A stretch of 64,000 bases of DNA from Lama guanicoe (taxonomy: Eukaryota): contig MU053758.1 in the NCBI GenBank assembly GCA_013239625.1, positions 992,001-1,056,000 on the forward strand. The letters run 5' to 3'. The notes under the pieces were generated by a model that was given only the letters and a program-made list of their open reading frames with translations, did no database searches and had not been told where the DNA came from. Made by a program: the position numbers and the translations under genes. Of the stretch, positions 42,201 to 53,500 are shown piece after piece (within the stretch, counting starts at the first letter, position 1; each line of letters begins with the position of its first letter).

Positions 42201-44395
42201 TCCTGGACAGAAAAAGGACTAGAACCCAAATAAGGTGTTAAGTTTCACATGTATCCCAGAGTCCCCACATGCTTATTCTCTACTACAAAGTTCAGAACTA
42301 GAGGCAAGGAGGATGCCCAACCTGTGTGTGAGAAATAAAAGTGGAAGAAGGGTTTTTTTCTGCAAGGCACTTGTTTCCCCAGTTATTTGCCAAACAAACC
42401 TGAAGAGCAGCAAGGTCTGGTAATTGCTGCGGGTAGTAAAAGCAGGGATGAAGGCAGCCTGACGAAGGCGGGACTCATGGAAAGTACCTCCCCGTTCACT
42501 GGCTTTTTTGCTGTTCAGCTTTTCCTAGTAAGAGTGAGGAGTCAGCTGTGGAGGCCAGGTCTTGATAACACTGAGCATGTCTCTAGATTACTATTCCCCC
42601 CCACCCCCAGTTCTAGATTCTAATTTTGATACTGAAATAGGCCTGGCTTCATTAGTGAGATGTATGCAGGGCAGAGCTTGAAACAAATGGGTCTGTTTCC
42701 ATTGCCTTACATGATTTAAGATGTGTAGGGAAATCAGTTTGTCTTGACTAAAGTCAAGACAAAACAAGCCTTCAACCCCTACACAAGCAGGTCAGGTCAC
42801 CCTGAAGTTTGGTTCTTACTTAAACCTGAGGCCTGCTCATCTCCTTGTGATAAGCATCGCCCTCCCTCACTTCCTGTTCCAGGTGCAGCAGCTTTCACAG
42901 ACCTTACTTGAGTCCTCATATCTTACTGCCAGAAAAAGCCTTGAGCTAGAACACCCACTCCACCTGCCAACAGCAAAAAGAGGTCAGTCCCACGACAGTG
43001 TTGACCAACTTGGCCCCAAGCCCCAGCTAATCAGCATGCTCCCAGACACAACTGTACATCCCTCCATAAGGGGACATGGGGGAAGGGGGGGGTGAACAAA
43101 ATAGACTCTCAGATCAGAGGCAACACTAGCAAAGAGGGGTAAGAGGAATTTTTCTTTTAAAATCTTTAAAATCTGTTTTAAAAGTTGCAAGAGAAAAGTT
43201 ATAGCCTAATTGTGTAGTAAACAAAAATACATATACACATTTCTAGAAGGGATACAAAAACATTACTCTGGATTTTACTTGTCAGTTTACTCTTCTATAA
43301 ATATTTCTTAACAGCATGAATTAAGTTTTTGCAACTTAACTTTTAGCCATTTTTCCCCCTCCTTTAAGAATCTTAGTTTTATTTGGCTTGCAGTCGTAAG
43401 TTAAGTACTAATTAGGAAAGATCTCGTTTGACAGGACCAACCCCTTCTAACTAGATGGAGGGAGGGAAGCCAGTATAAACTGAAACAAGTTAAGAGCTTG
43501 GTACTATTCCTAGAATTCTATTCCAGCCCTTAGGATAAACTCTAGTAGCATCACTAAAGGACTAGGCTGAGCCAGGTCACACAGTGGTACATGGGAGTTC
43601 AAGATCATAGGTTCCATGATAGGGATTCACAGCTTCTGGTCCTGAACTTCGTCCAATCTCAGAGACCGTCAGGTGAGTGTTCAGTACTTGGGCGTTTGTT
43701 AAGCATCTACCCCTAGGTGGGCATGTGGCGGGTTCCAGCAACCACCCAGTACCTTAAAACATTCAGCTTTTCACAGGCTTTTCATTTTTTGAGGGAGAAC
43801 AGATTCTGGTCAGCTCAGCTAGGGTAACTTTCCACTGCCTTAAACCCTGAAGTCTGGCTTTCTGCTTCTCTAGTTCATGGTCTTGCTGTTACTATGAAGT
43901 GGTTGTCATATGCTGGTTCCGTAGATATCTCAGGTTTTCACCATCACAGTTGTTCAGTGTGACTACACTCCAATGCTATGCACCCCCTTGGGAGGTGCGG
44001 CCACCAGAGAAATAACCGCACAATGAATATTAAAAATGCAGTGTGCCGTGGGTGGACAAGTAAGGAACTGGGCTGGGTGATAACACCCACCTCACCTAGT
44101 CCTATCAGAAAGAGAGGCCAAAAAGATTCTGAATCCTTCCTCTAAAAGGATTCAGCTGGCAAACCCTGCAAAAAGATAACTAACACCTGATTGGAAGGTT
44201 TGACACTATTTAAACCTTTTCTTCTGCCTTTCTAAATTCTTCATTGCCAACCTCCCCTGCTCTCTACCCACTTTCCCAAGAGAGCTCTGCCTTAGCCACA
44301 CAATGACCAGTCCTGTCCCTCATGGGGCCTGTTTCCATTACTCTCAACTTAAATTCAAAGTAGGGAAAAATTGCACTTGAGAATGAATCATCCAT

Positions 44396-44411
44396 TTTAT
44401 TTTATTTTATT
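44396..44411 (-). terminator. NFE2L1: NFE2L1 polyadenylation signal (three overlapping AATAAA)
   Basis: TTTATTTTATTTTATT on + strand about 1.74 kb past the stop codon. Confidence 0.75.
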
Positions 44412-46148
44412 TTGTCATGTGCTCACAGCATCTCTCTCTCTCCTCTCCCTGGCAGGTCACAGAGATAAATTAAAAATAAAATCTACAAGGAAAATAATTT
44501 ATAAAAGCACTTTCCAGGCTCATGCCTTCTATTCCTACTGCTCATTTAGAATTTCCCCCACCCCCACAGTGGGGAGAAGAATCGGTGCTTCCCCCACTTC
44601 AGCTCACTCCTGCTGATCTGGGCAGACAATGCTCCAAAGCCAGGCACGAGTAGGGGCAGCAGTGGCAACAGAAATAAAGACACTGTGGTCCTGGAACCAC
44701 CTGACCACTTTGGCACTCCCCTCTCTGCCTCCCCTAGGCAGTCCTCCAGGAGCCCTTACTAAGCTGGGGGTGCCAAGAAACTGCCTGTGGCCAAAAGCCT
44801 AGGGGAGGGGTACCCTCAGCCCCCATTTACATGCACTTCTCATTTTCCTAGAAAGAAACCCAAAAAAGAAAGCAGACGGAGACCTCGGGACAGAGGAGAA
44901 AAATCCCAAGTGTTCACATGGTTACACGGAGTCTTTATGGCAAAGAGAACATTTAGCAGCTTTGAATATTGGGGTATCTCCTTTTTACTCAACACAAGCA
45001 TTCTAGACCCTATAAGTGAAACAGGGCTCAAGCCCTAAAAAAAATCAAAGCGCAAGAAACTCTAAGAGAATTAGTTTTTGTTGTTGCTGCTGGGTTTCAT
45101 AGTTTCTTTTTTCCAGTGACAAGCCCAGTTGTTGGTAGGGGAGGCCTGAAGGCAGGGTCACTCCCCAGTGTTGTGCTGAATACTGCCTGGCTTCTCCACA
45201 TCCCCCTGCCTCAGAGCAGCCCCCAAGAGGCTGCAGGCCCAGCACTAGGGGCTCTGCCAGCACCCCAGCTGCAGAAGAGCTCCAAGGCAGCCAGTGAGGA
45301 GTGGGGGGCACGTGGGCGGGAAGGAACAGCGTTCGCATGCAGGCTCTGATGGAGATGCGGGAGCCTCAGCTCAGGGCTGACTGGGCACATAAGACGGACG
45401 GCAGGGCAGTGAGTGACATGCTTGGTGTTGGGGCTGCTGCAACACGGGGCCTCATGACCCTTTCCTGTTCACTCTAACCTTTGACCCTAACCCTCCAAGC
45501 CAGTGTTGGGTCCCAGTGGCTCCCCTATGACTGTAACCTCACAGGAGATATCCAAGAACTCCCTTTAGGTTTACCAAAGTGCAGGAACAGAAAGAGTTCA
45601 CAGCCCCGCCACCCCCCAGAACCCACCCTGTGTTCCACCCTCCGCTGGGGTGAAGTGGGGTTTACTCACACCAATGACTTAGTCCCACTTAAAACCTGCA
45701 GCCTGGAATCCTGGCGAGAGCCAACCTTAACCTGCCCTGTGATTTTCTTCCCGCTTTGATTTTTTGGGTTTTTTTTTTTTTATTCCTTTCTTCCTTCCTT
45801 CCAGGAATGAGACTTTCTACTACTTTCCTCTCCTCTCCCAAGTCCCTTCCTTCCCCTTTGTTGGCCTCCAGCAATGCCAGCACCACCCTTCCCTCAAAGG
45901 AAAGGGGTAGGGGGCAAGGACCTGTCCACCCAAATGGTCTGGCCACTTCCACCCCCTCCCACAGTGGGGGAAGCTGAGCCAGACAGCGCCTGCGCCTGCC
46001 TCTTCCTGTCCGCTGACCCGCAGTCATCCCATCTGAGAAGATCTATTGGATAAGAAGGCATTAAAGTCCCCGCTGTAGGTCCAGGTCCAGGCCCAGCCCT
46101 TCTCCAGTTTCCATCTCGGTGAGCGTCAACCCCCCTTCCTCTCCAGGC

Positions 46149-46941
46149 TCACTTTCTCCGGTCCTTTGGCTTCCTCTCCTGCCGCCGGGCCTGCTGGTCG
46201 GCCAAGGTGCGGGGAATGAGGAGGACGCTGCCGTCCCCGGCGTACTGGAGCGCGTACTGGCTGGGCGAGTAGGGCCGCCCGTTCTCATCCCGCAGCCGCC
46301 CAAACACCTCCTGGTACAGGCTCTGGACCTTCTGCTTCATCTGCCGCAGGGAGCGGAGGAACTCCACCTTCTCCCGCAGCAGTCGGGCTTTGTCGCGCTG
46401 CAGGTCCTCCACGTCGCGCTCCAGGTTCAGGATGGTGTCCAGCTTGCGCTTGCGGCAGTTCTGCGCCGCCATCTTGTTCTTGCCGCGGCGCCGGATGTCA
46501 CGGATGAGGCTCAGCTGGGCCTCGCTCAACTGGTATTTGGACAGCAACTCGTTGAATTCCTCCACCGGCAGGTTGATGATCTTGTCATTGGTGAAGGGGA
46601 TCTTCATGGCTCGGGCTCGATGCTCATCCCGGCTCATCTGCTTGTCCAGGAAGTCAGCCTGCTTCTCCTTGCTGCCTTTCTTGAGGGCACTGGGTGGTGG
46701 CAGGTCAGCAGAGTCGAGGGCACTGGGCGCCATGTTGTATGTGTGATTGTGGCCCACGTGCTCCAAGTAGGGCAGGCAGGAGAGCTGAGACGGATCCTGA
46801 TAGCTCATGCGGCAGAACTTGGAATACTCGGGCTGGTAGCCCACAGCGCCCTCGGCCTCTTCCAGATCCAAGGTTTCAGAGTCTGAGCTGTAGCCAACGG
46901 CACCCTCCTCAGAAAAGGAGGAAGAGGCTGAGGAAGAAGTG

Positions 46942-46975
<34 letters not shown>

Positions 46976-47504
46976 AGGAGGAGGAAGAGCTGCCTTCAGA
47001 GCTGCTCAGGGAGGAAGGGCTATGGCTGGAGTCCAAGGAAAGGCCTGAGTCAGAGTCAAATTCTTCTTCAAGCTGGGAGGCCTGCACGGGGTTAAAGCCT
47101 TCTTCAATGGCCAGGTCCATCAGGCTGATCTCATCCAGCATGGCTTCATCTAAAAGACCCCCCAGCGGGTCAGGCAGCTCAGGGCCTGCTGTGTCATTGG
47201 CTGTGCTGTTGAGCTGGGCCGGAAAGAAGAGCCCTGCCAGGTTGGTGGAGCCAAAGGTGGAGTTGAGGCTGGTGGAATTGCTGGGGACCAGCGGGAGCAG
47301 TGTGGAGCTGCTGGCCACAGGCAGGCTCTCCACCTCGGGGCTGAAGAGTGAGAAGTCCTGGCTGCAGCCCCCCAGGGATGCCTGATGCAGGCTGACATTC
47401 TGATTGATGGGAGTGTTGGGGGCAAGGCTGTAGTTGGTGCTCAGTGGGTCTCCAGGAGGGGCATTATACAGGATTTCACTTGTTGATGTGTTCACTTCCA
47501 TGGC
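46149..47504 (-). CDS. NFE2L1: NFE2L1 last coding exon (NST glycodomain, acidic domain, Ser repeat, CNC-bZIP)
   Basis: cccag acceptor at 47505; frame of ORF 46149..47534. Confidence 0.96.
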
Positions 47505-50500
47505 CTGGGAGGGGAGAAGAGCATCACCATTCACTCAGCTGTGGCTGGGGGCTCACACTAGCAGGCACCCAACACTGGCATGGCTGCATGGGAGTAAAGG
47601 CAGGAGAATGGAAACCAGAGCCCATGGCATCAGCTCCTGGCCCCACTTGATCCATCAGGCCTGGCAGAGTCGGGTTCCTCCCTGCAGACCCTACCCTAAC
47701 ACACGACTGATCAGTTCCAGGTCATGTTTGGCCAGATTCCCCCATAACGGAGGGAGAAGAAAACACCTAATACTGACTACCTCTTTACTACAAAATCAGC
47801 ACAGTGAAAGGAACACGCAGCCTTGGAGTGAGAAAGCCTAGCTACACCACTTGCTGTGTGACCAGGAGCATTTCACTCAACCTCTCTTTGAAATTCAATT
47901 TCCTCACCTTTAAAATAATAAAGGGCTGACTAGATGATTGTGAGGGTCAAGTGAGATGACAAGGGCTGTACTGTAAGGCACTGCTGGCATGTCAGCTCTT
48001 ATTAATGCTAAACCTTGGAAGCACCTGGCCAAGTGATACTCTGCCTGAAGGGAAAGGAAGAAGGTGAACCTAGGAGGTAGGCCTGCTTTAGAAGCTCAGC
48101 CCCGGGGCTTTAACTCAGACCCCAATCCTGACCCCAGGCCCTACTGCCCCAAGGAGACGCCTGGACAGTTACCACTCAGAGTCCCTACTTTCCTATGCAT
48201 CAGAGAGGCTCCTCTTTTTACAAAAGTGAAAAAGCAACTGAGTATAAAGATACCCCACATGGAGTTAGATTTGTGCCCAGTCCTGATAATCCTACCTGCA
48301 TTTCCATGATGGACATGAGATCTTGCCACTGCTGTTCCAAATCAAACGGCGACTCAGTCTCAGTCAGGAGAGGAGACAAAAGGTTGTTCTGAAGACCTGG
48401 GGGCTCACTCTCACTAGGCACTGCTTCTGTTATGCTGGAAATGTCTGCTGGAAACTAAGGCAAAACACAGAGGGTTTAACAGAGGAGAAGGAAAGACCAC
48501 TTTCTGCTCACCTCCCAGAGACTACTTAAGGTCCTGATCCTTCCTTCCTCTGAACTCACCCCCAGCAGCCAGGAGGCAGCCAGCACCAAGAGCTGGCCCC
48601 TCAGACAGTCACAGAGAGACACACCATGTGCAGGCTGCCCTGCTGGCTCAGTGGGCTCTCCCTGGAGTCCTGCTCACCTCAGCATTCTCCCCAAAGGGGC
48701 AGGTGGCCTCCAGCAGCCTAAGGCACTCTTTCAGGGACAGGGCTGTCTGGTCCTCCCCACCAGGCACCTGTGGCAACAGCAACTGTAAGTCTGACTGACC
48801 TGGGCCTTGACTGCCTGTGGGCTGAAGCCTCTTTCCCAGCCTTTCCAAGGGGAAGCTTAAAGGAGGACCTGTGTGGTCGCAGGCCTACACTCTCTCTCTA
48901 TTCCTAGGCTATCAGCTAGCCCTGAGTCCCAAACTTCAGGGGAGAACAGAGAGAAAGGAAGAGTCCTGACGCAAGCAGAAAGCTGCTAGGCGCTCTGCCT
49001 CCAGCGTGCAGTTCATTACGAGGCGTGGCCCCTCTGCTTCTGCTGCTCTTCCCCGCCCGATTCCTCAGTCCACTCACTGTGATTCAGAGACCCCAACCCA
49101 ACGTATACATTCACACCCATCTCACAGACACAACTTTTCTCTAAAAAGAAGTTTCTAGAAGTGAGCAGAGCTCGGAGTACCTGTGCAGGGAAGCTCTCCC
49201 CAGTCTCTCCATCCACTAGCAGATTTCGTGCCAGAGCTTCTGCACCCTCGCTTGGCCAAGTGTCCTCCTGCTCTGCTCCATCTTGCAGTTCCTTATCCAC
49301 ATCTTGCTCCTTCTGGCGATGACTGTAGTCAAAAATCTCACGCCCAGCCCCCAGGTCAATATCCTGCCGCCAAAGGATGTCAATCAGATCTATGTCCTGA
49401 AAGACAGATGACCGCGACTTTAGCTCTGGGGTCTACGGACTCCTCCCTGTCCTTTCCCTCAGAGGTCCCTCCTAGCATCACTCCAATTACTCTGGGGTGA
49501 GGCCCCTCCCATTCTATACCTGCCAGCCTCTAGCCCCTGGCCCCTCCATACTAGCAAGGCTTCATTCATCCATTTCCAGAGACCAGCCTCCAAAAAAGAA
49601 AAAAAAGAGCTAGCAAAACCACTAGTATGACCACCACTATACAGGTCTGTGGGCTTAGGATCTGGACCAGAGACACAGCCAGGCCAAAAGGCAGGGCCAT
49701 CTCACCACTGCTCAAGAAGGAAGGGAGAATCAGGAGACACTTCTCATTTCAGGAACGGGAATCCCTTAAAACTTAATTTGTAGGAAGCTGGCCATGGCGA
49801 GCAAGGGGGAACTGTCACGCAGAATTGCTTCCTGGTGGCCAGGCTTGCATCAGCCTATGGTGCCATTTCATTTGCATAAAGGGGTGGGGTGGACTGGAGA
49901 GGAAAATCCCTGCATTTGCAACCACCTGATGCAACCAATGACAACCACAGGCTGTCTCCAGCCCTTCCTACAGCCATTCCCTACTCCCTGGCTGAGGCAG
50001 GAGTAAGGCTGAACACCCACAACTACTAAAGCCCAGGCTCACCTCAAGATCCATCCCTGCCAGAATGCCCACTCTCAGCTGATGCCAGCAAGCTGCCTCA
50101 ATCCCAGGAGAGCCTCAGGCAGTCATATGATCCTCACTGGGCACCCCACCCCTGCCAAGGCCAGCCCCACAATGTCCCCTCACACCAGTGCTCACTCCCT
50201 TACCACACCCCAGGACTCACTGACTCCCATCAGTCAACCCACTCAAGGACATAGCCCCCATCACCGCCCAGCCACAACTGCCACCATGGGCACCAAAATG
50301 CCTTCCTCCTACTCTACCCTGGCAGCTCCTGATCAGTTCCTGCTCTAACTGCCACCCCCACTGCCACCAGCATAGAACCCCAATAAATAAGAGACATTTG
50401 GGCTTCCTATACATGCTGCCCGCTGTGGCTGAAGAAACCCTAAACTGCTGCCTTCCATTCAGAGGTTAAAAGACATACTTTCCAGAAAGCAAAATCCTTA

Positions 50501-53500
50501 GCTTAGCCCCACCTCCCTAGCCCTGCCCAGGTATCCCTTTCCCACCATAACCCTCCCTGATCCTGAGACCTCCCAGATGTACCTCTCCCTGTAGTCTCCC
50601 CACATACACCAACCTGAACAGAAGCCCTGGACCCAGGAGCAGAGGGGGGCTGGGCCACCCGGTGACCAGCCACCAAAGAGTTAAGGGGCCGGCTCCCTTT
50701 GGCATGGTCCCCACCACTGTGAGAGCTTCGGTCCAGGCGGGTCATGGTCTGCGAGGTGAGCCCCAGGGCAGCCGGTGCCGGGCAGCCGAACAGGGGGCTG
50801 CAAGTAGCTCTTGGCTTGCAGGGAGCGCACCAGGCTGGAAGGGTGGCCCCTTGCTAGCTCCGAGGGGCCTGAGGAGGGTGCCCCACCCGTGCTGCTGCCT
50901 GGGCGGCCCAGCCCAGCCCCCTTCCTCCATCCTGAAGCAGCCCCCTCCCACCTCACAACCCCAGTTCCACTCAGGCGCCCGGCAGCCCCCACCCTGAGCT
51001 CACCGCAGAGGCTGCAGTGAGATGGGACTCCCACCCCATGCTCCGTGCTCAAGCTGCAGAGGAAAGCAAGCTCCCTCCTGGGCCTATCCTCCCGCTCCTC
51101 CCTCTCTCCCCCTCCCCACGCCCCCCAAACTTGTTACCTAGGCTGCAGCAAGGAGCCAATCCCCTCCCCCTCCCACCCCGCAGGTCACTGCTGAGGCTGC
51201 AGAGAGCCAATCCCCTCCCCCAGGTCAGCAGCTGGGCTGCGGAAAGAGCCAATCCCCTCCCACTGTCGTTACCTAGGCTGCGACGAGAGCCAATCTCCTC
51301 CCCCAAGCCTCCGCTGGAGATGCGGAAGGAGCCAATCCCCTCCCACCGCCTGTTACCTAGCTGCCGTCGGGAGCCAATCTCTGCACCAGGGCAGCTGGAG
51401 AAGCTGCCGCAAGGAACCAGCCCATCCCCGGGCCGCCTCCGTCTCCTCAAGGAGACGCACCCAGGGGCGGGTAGCCCCACCCAGCCCAGTCAGCCAGCCG
51501 GGGTGGCGCAGTGAGAGAGCCCTGGGGGGAAGGGGTGCCACTCTCCCTCCTGTCGCATCCTGCTTACCCAGCCCACTCAGGACTGGGCAGACACTCCTCC
51601 CCACAGCTCCTCCGGGAATCTAAGTTCTTCTCTGGAAGTGGAAGTACTTTTCCCAGTCCTCAGGAGGGCTGTGGCCAGTTGTCCTCAAGCCCAAGGATCA
51701 AAGCTAAGCTGGGCAGGAACCCAGTGCACCCAGATCCACTAGGACCCAGGGCATTTGTCACCCTACAACAGGCCAGAAGAGAAGAAGGGGGAAAGCCATC
51801 TTTCCACATGCAGCGATGTGACAGGGCCGGCCAGGTCTAGCCCCAGGCAAGAGGAAGGCGACACAGGCCTGAAGGCCAGCACTGAAGGAGACAGGTGCTC
51901 CACAACATCCTGGACACAAATGTGTCCCCCACTCTCCTTACCCCACGCTTTGTTCATGAGCACTCTCTACCTGAGCCCTGGCTCACATCTCTAAAGCAGG
52001 AAAGAAGCCCCTGACAAATGTAAGGTCACAATTCCAGCTCCCATCCTCACTGCTGCTCCCCTTGAGCCTAAGGTCAGGTCAGGGACAGTATGTTCTCGGT
52101 CGCAGAGCGCTCCCCCTCGCCTGCAAAGAGCTGTACACAGGCCACCCCCCTGCTCTGGGCAGAGTGCCAACCTCAAGGGGAATCCTATCCCTGACAAGGG
52201 CCTGGGCTATAGCTGTCCATCGAACAGGCCTGGCAGCAGGGGAGAGCTGCCACCCTGGGGATAATACCAGCTCCAGCAGTGCCTGTCACATGCTCTGGAC
52301 CTGGGTATTTTTATCCCTGAGTTGCTGAGGAAATGTTGTTCCAGACACATAATAATCCTCCCTTCCCCCATACCTAGCCTGGGCCCCTAATGCTGACCTA
52401 CCTCCAGCCCTCACAGGGAGCAATGAAGACTTGGGGTCAGTCAAAGCACAACCTTCAAAAAGGCCAACAAACAGAGGGAAGCAAGGTCGAAGTACCATCC
52501 CATCCGACTCCACCCCAAACAATTATATTCACAACATACCATCCTATCCCAGGAGAGGTCCCTGCAGGAAGAGGAATGAAGCTCCACAAGTAGGATTCCC
52601 AAGCCCAGTCATACCTGCCCCTCAAGGAGCTACCATGGGGCAGGAGGATGGAAGAGGAGGCTGGAAGGCATACTTCTTCAGATCACTGTACCAAGACTGG
52701 GGCCCATTTGAAGGAAAAAGAACAGAGGAAGCAGAAGAGAGGTAAAGTTCCCAGGGGCACTGTTAGAATCTCAGAATAGACACACTGAAAGGTAAGGATT
52801 GTTAATGGCTCCCATACTCAGTTGATTCTAGTCTCTCTCAAAGTAGATCCAGTATAAGCCAGCTGAGCATAAAGCAACCCTGGCACTACTGACACTTGGG
52901 GCCAGATCAGTCTCTCATCTGGGGGCTGTCCTATGCTTTTTAGGAAATTTAGTGGCATCCCATGCCTCTCCCCACTAGATGCCAACAGCACCTTCTCCAG
53001 TTGTGACAACCAAAACCGTCTCTAGATACTGCCACATGTCCCATAAGGGGCAAAAGTCACCTCCAGTTAAGGACCACTGGCCCAGAGAAGTCACACACTG
53101 ACAGTCACTAACATTCTGAGAACTGAGCTCAGGAATGGGCTCGAACACAGGATGAGGAGCAAAATCTGGTCTGACTGGTAGGCAGAAAAAGCCAAGTTCT
53201 ACAGCATCTGTAAAACTTTTTAAATACCTCCACATTCCCTCTTCCCAAACATCTACCCTATCCCCACACAAGACTCAGCTTTGGAAAACCCAGCCCAGTG
53301 CAATCCAGCCTCCTCTTTCCCTAACAGACGGGCAAGAACAGTGGACCTTTTTTGAGCTTTCTTAAGACTGAGTCGCAAGCCAAGGCCAAACACAGAGCTC
53401 ACAGCAGTCTTATCACATTGGTGGGGCAGGGAAAGCAGAGGCCATTTAACATCATTAAAGACAAATGCATCACCTTCTGCCCAGAACAGTATGCCAGCCA

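Noticed and set aside
46119..46886. 255-aa + strand ORF (and the poly-Glu ORF 46939..47385)
   Set aside because: Antisense shadows of the GC-rich NFE2L1 last exon and Ser repeat; no independent promoter or splice context.
50217..50414. 65-aa ORF ending at a GTGAGT donor as another NFE2L1 first exon
   Set aside because: Donor is in phase 2 for this ORF, so it is out of frame with phase-0 exon 3.
51130..51380. Repeat-spacer periodicity suggesting a CRISPR-like array, and the overlapping repetitive ORFs (RANPLP/REPIS)
   Set aside because: Mammalian intron, conserved core only 9 bp, spacers related to each other, no cas genes. The peptides simply reflect the DNA repeat.
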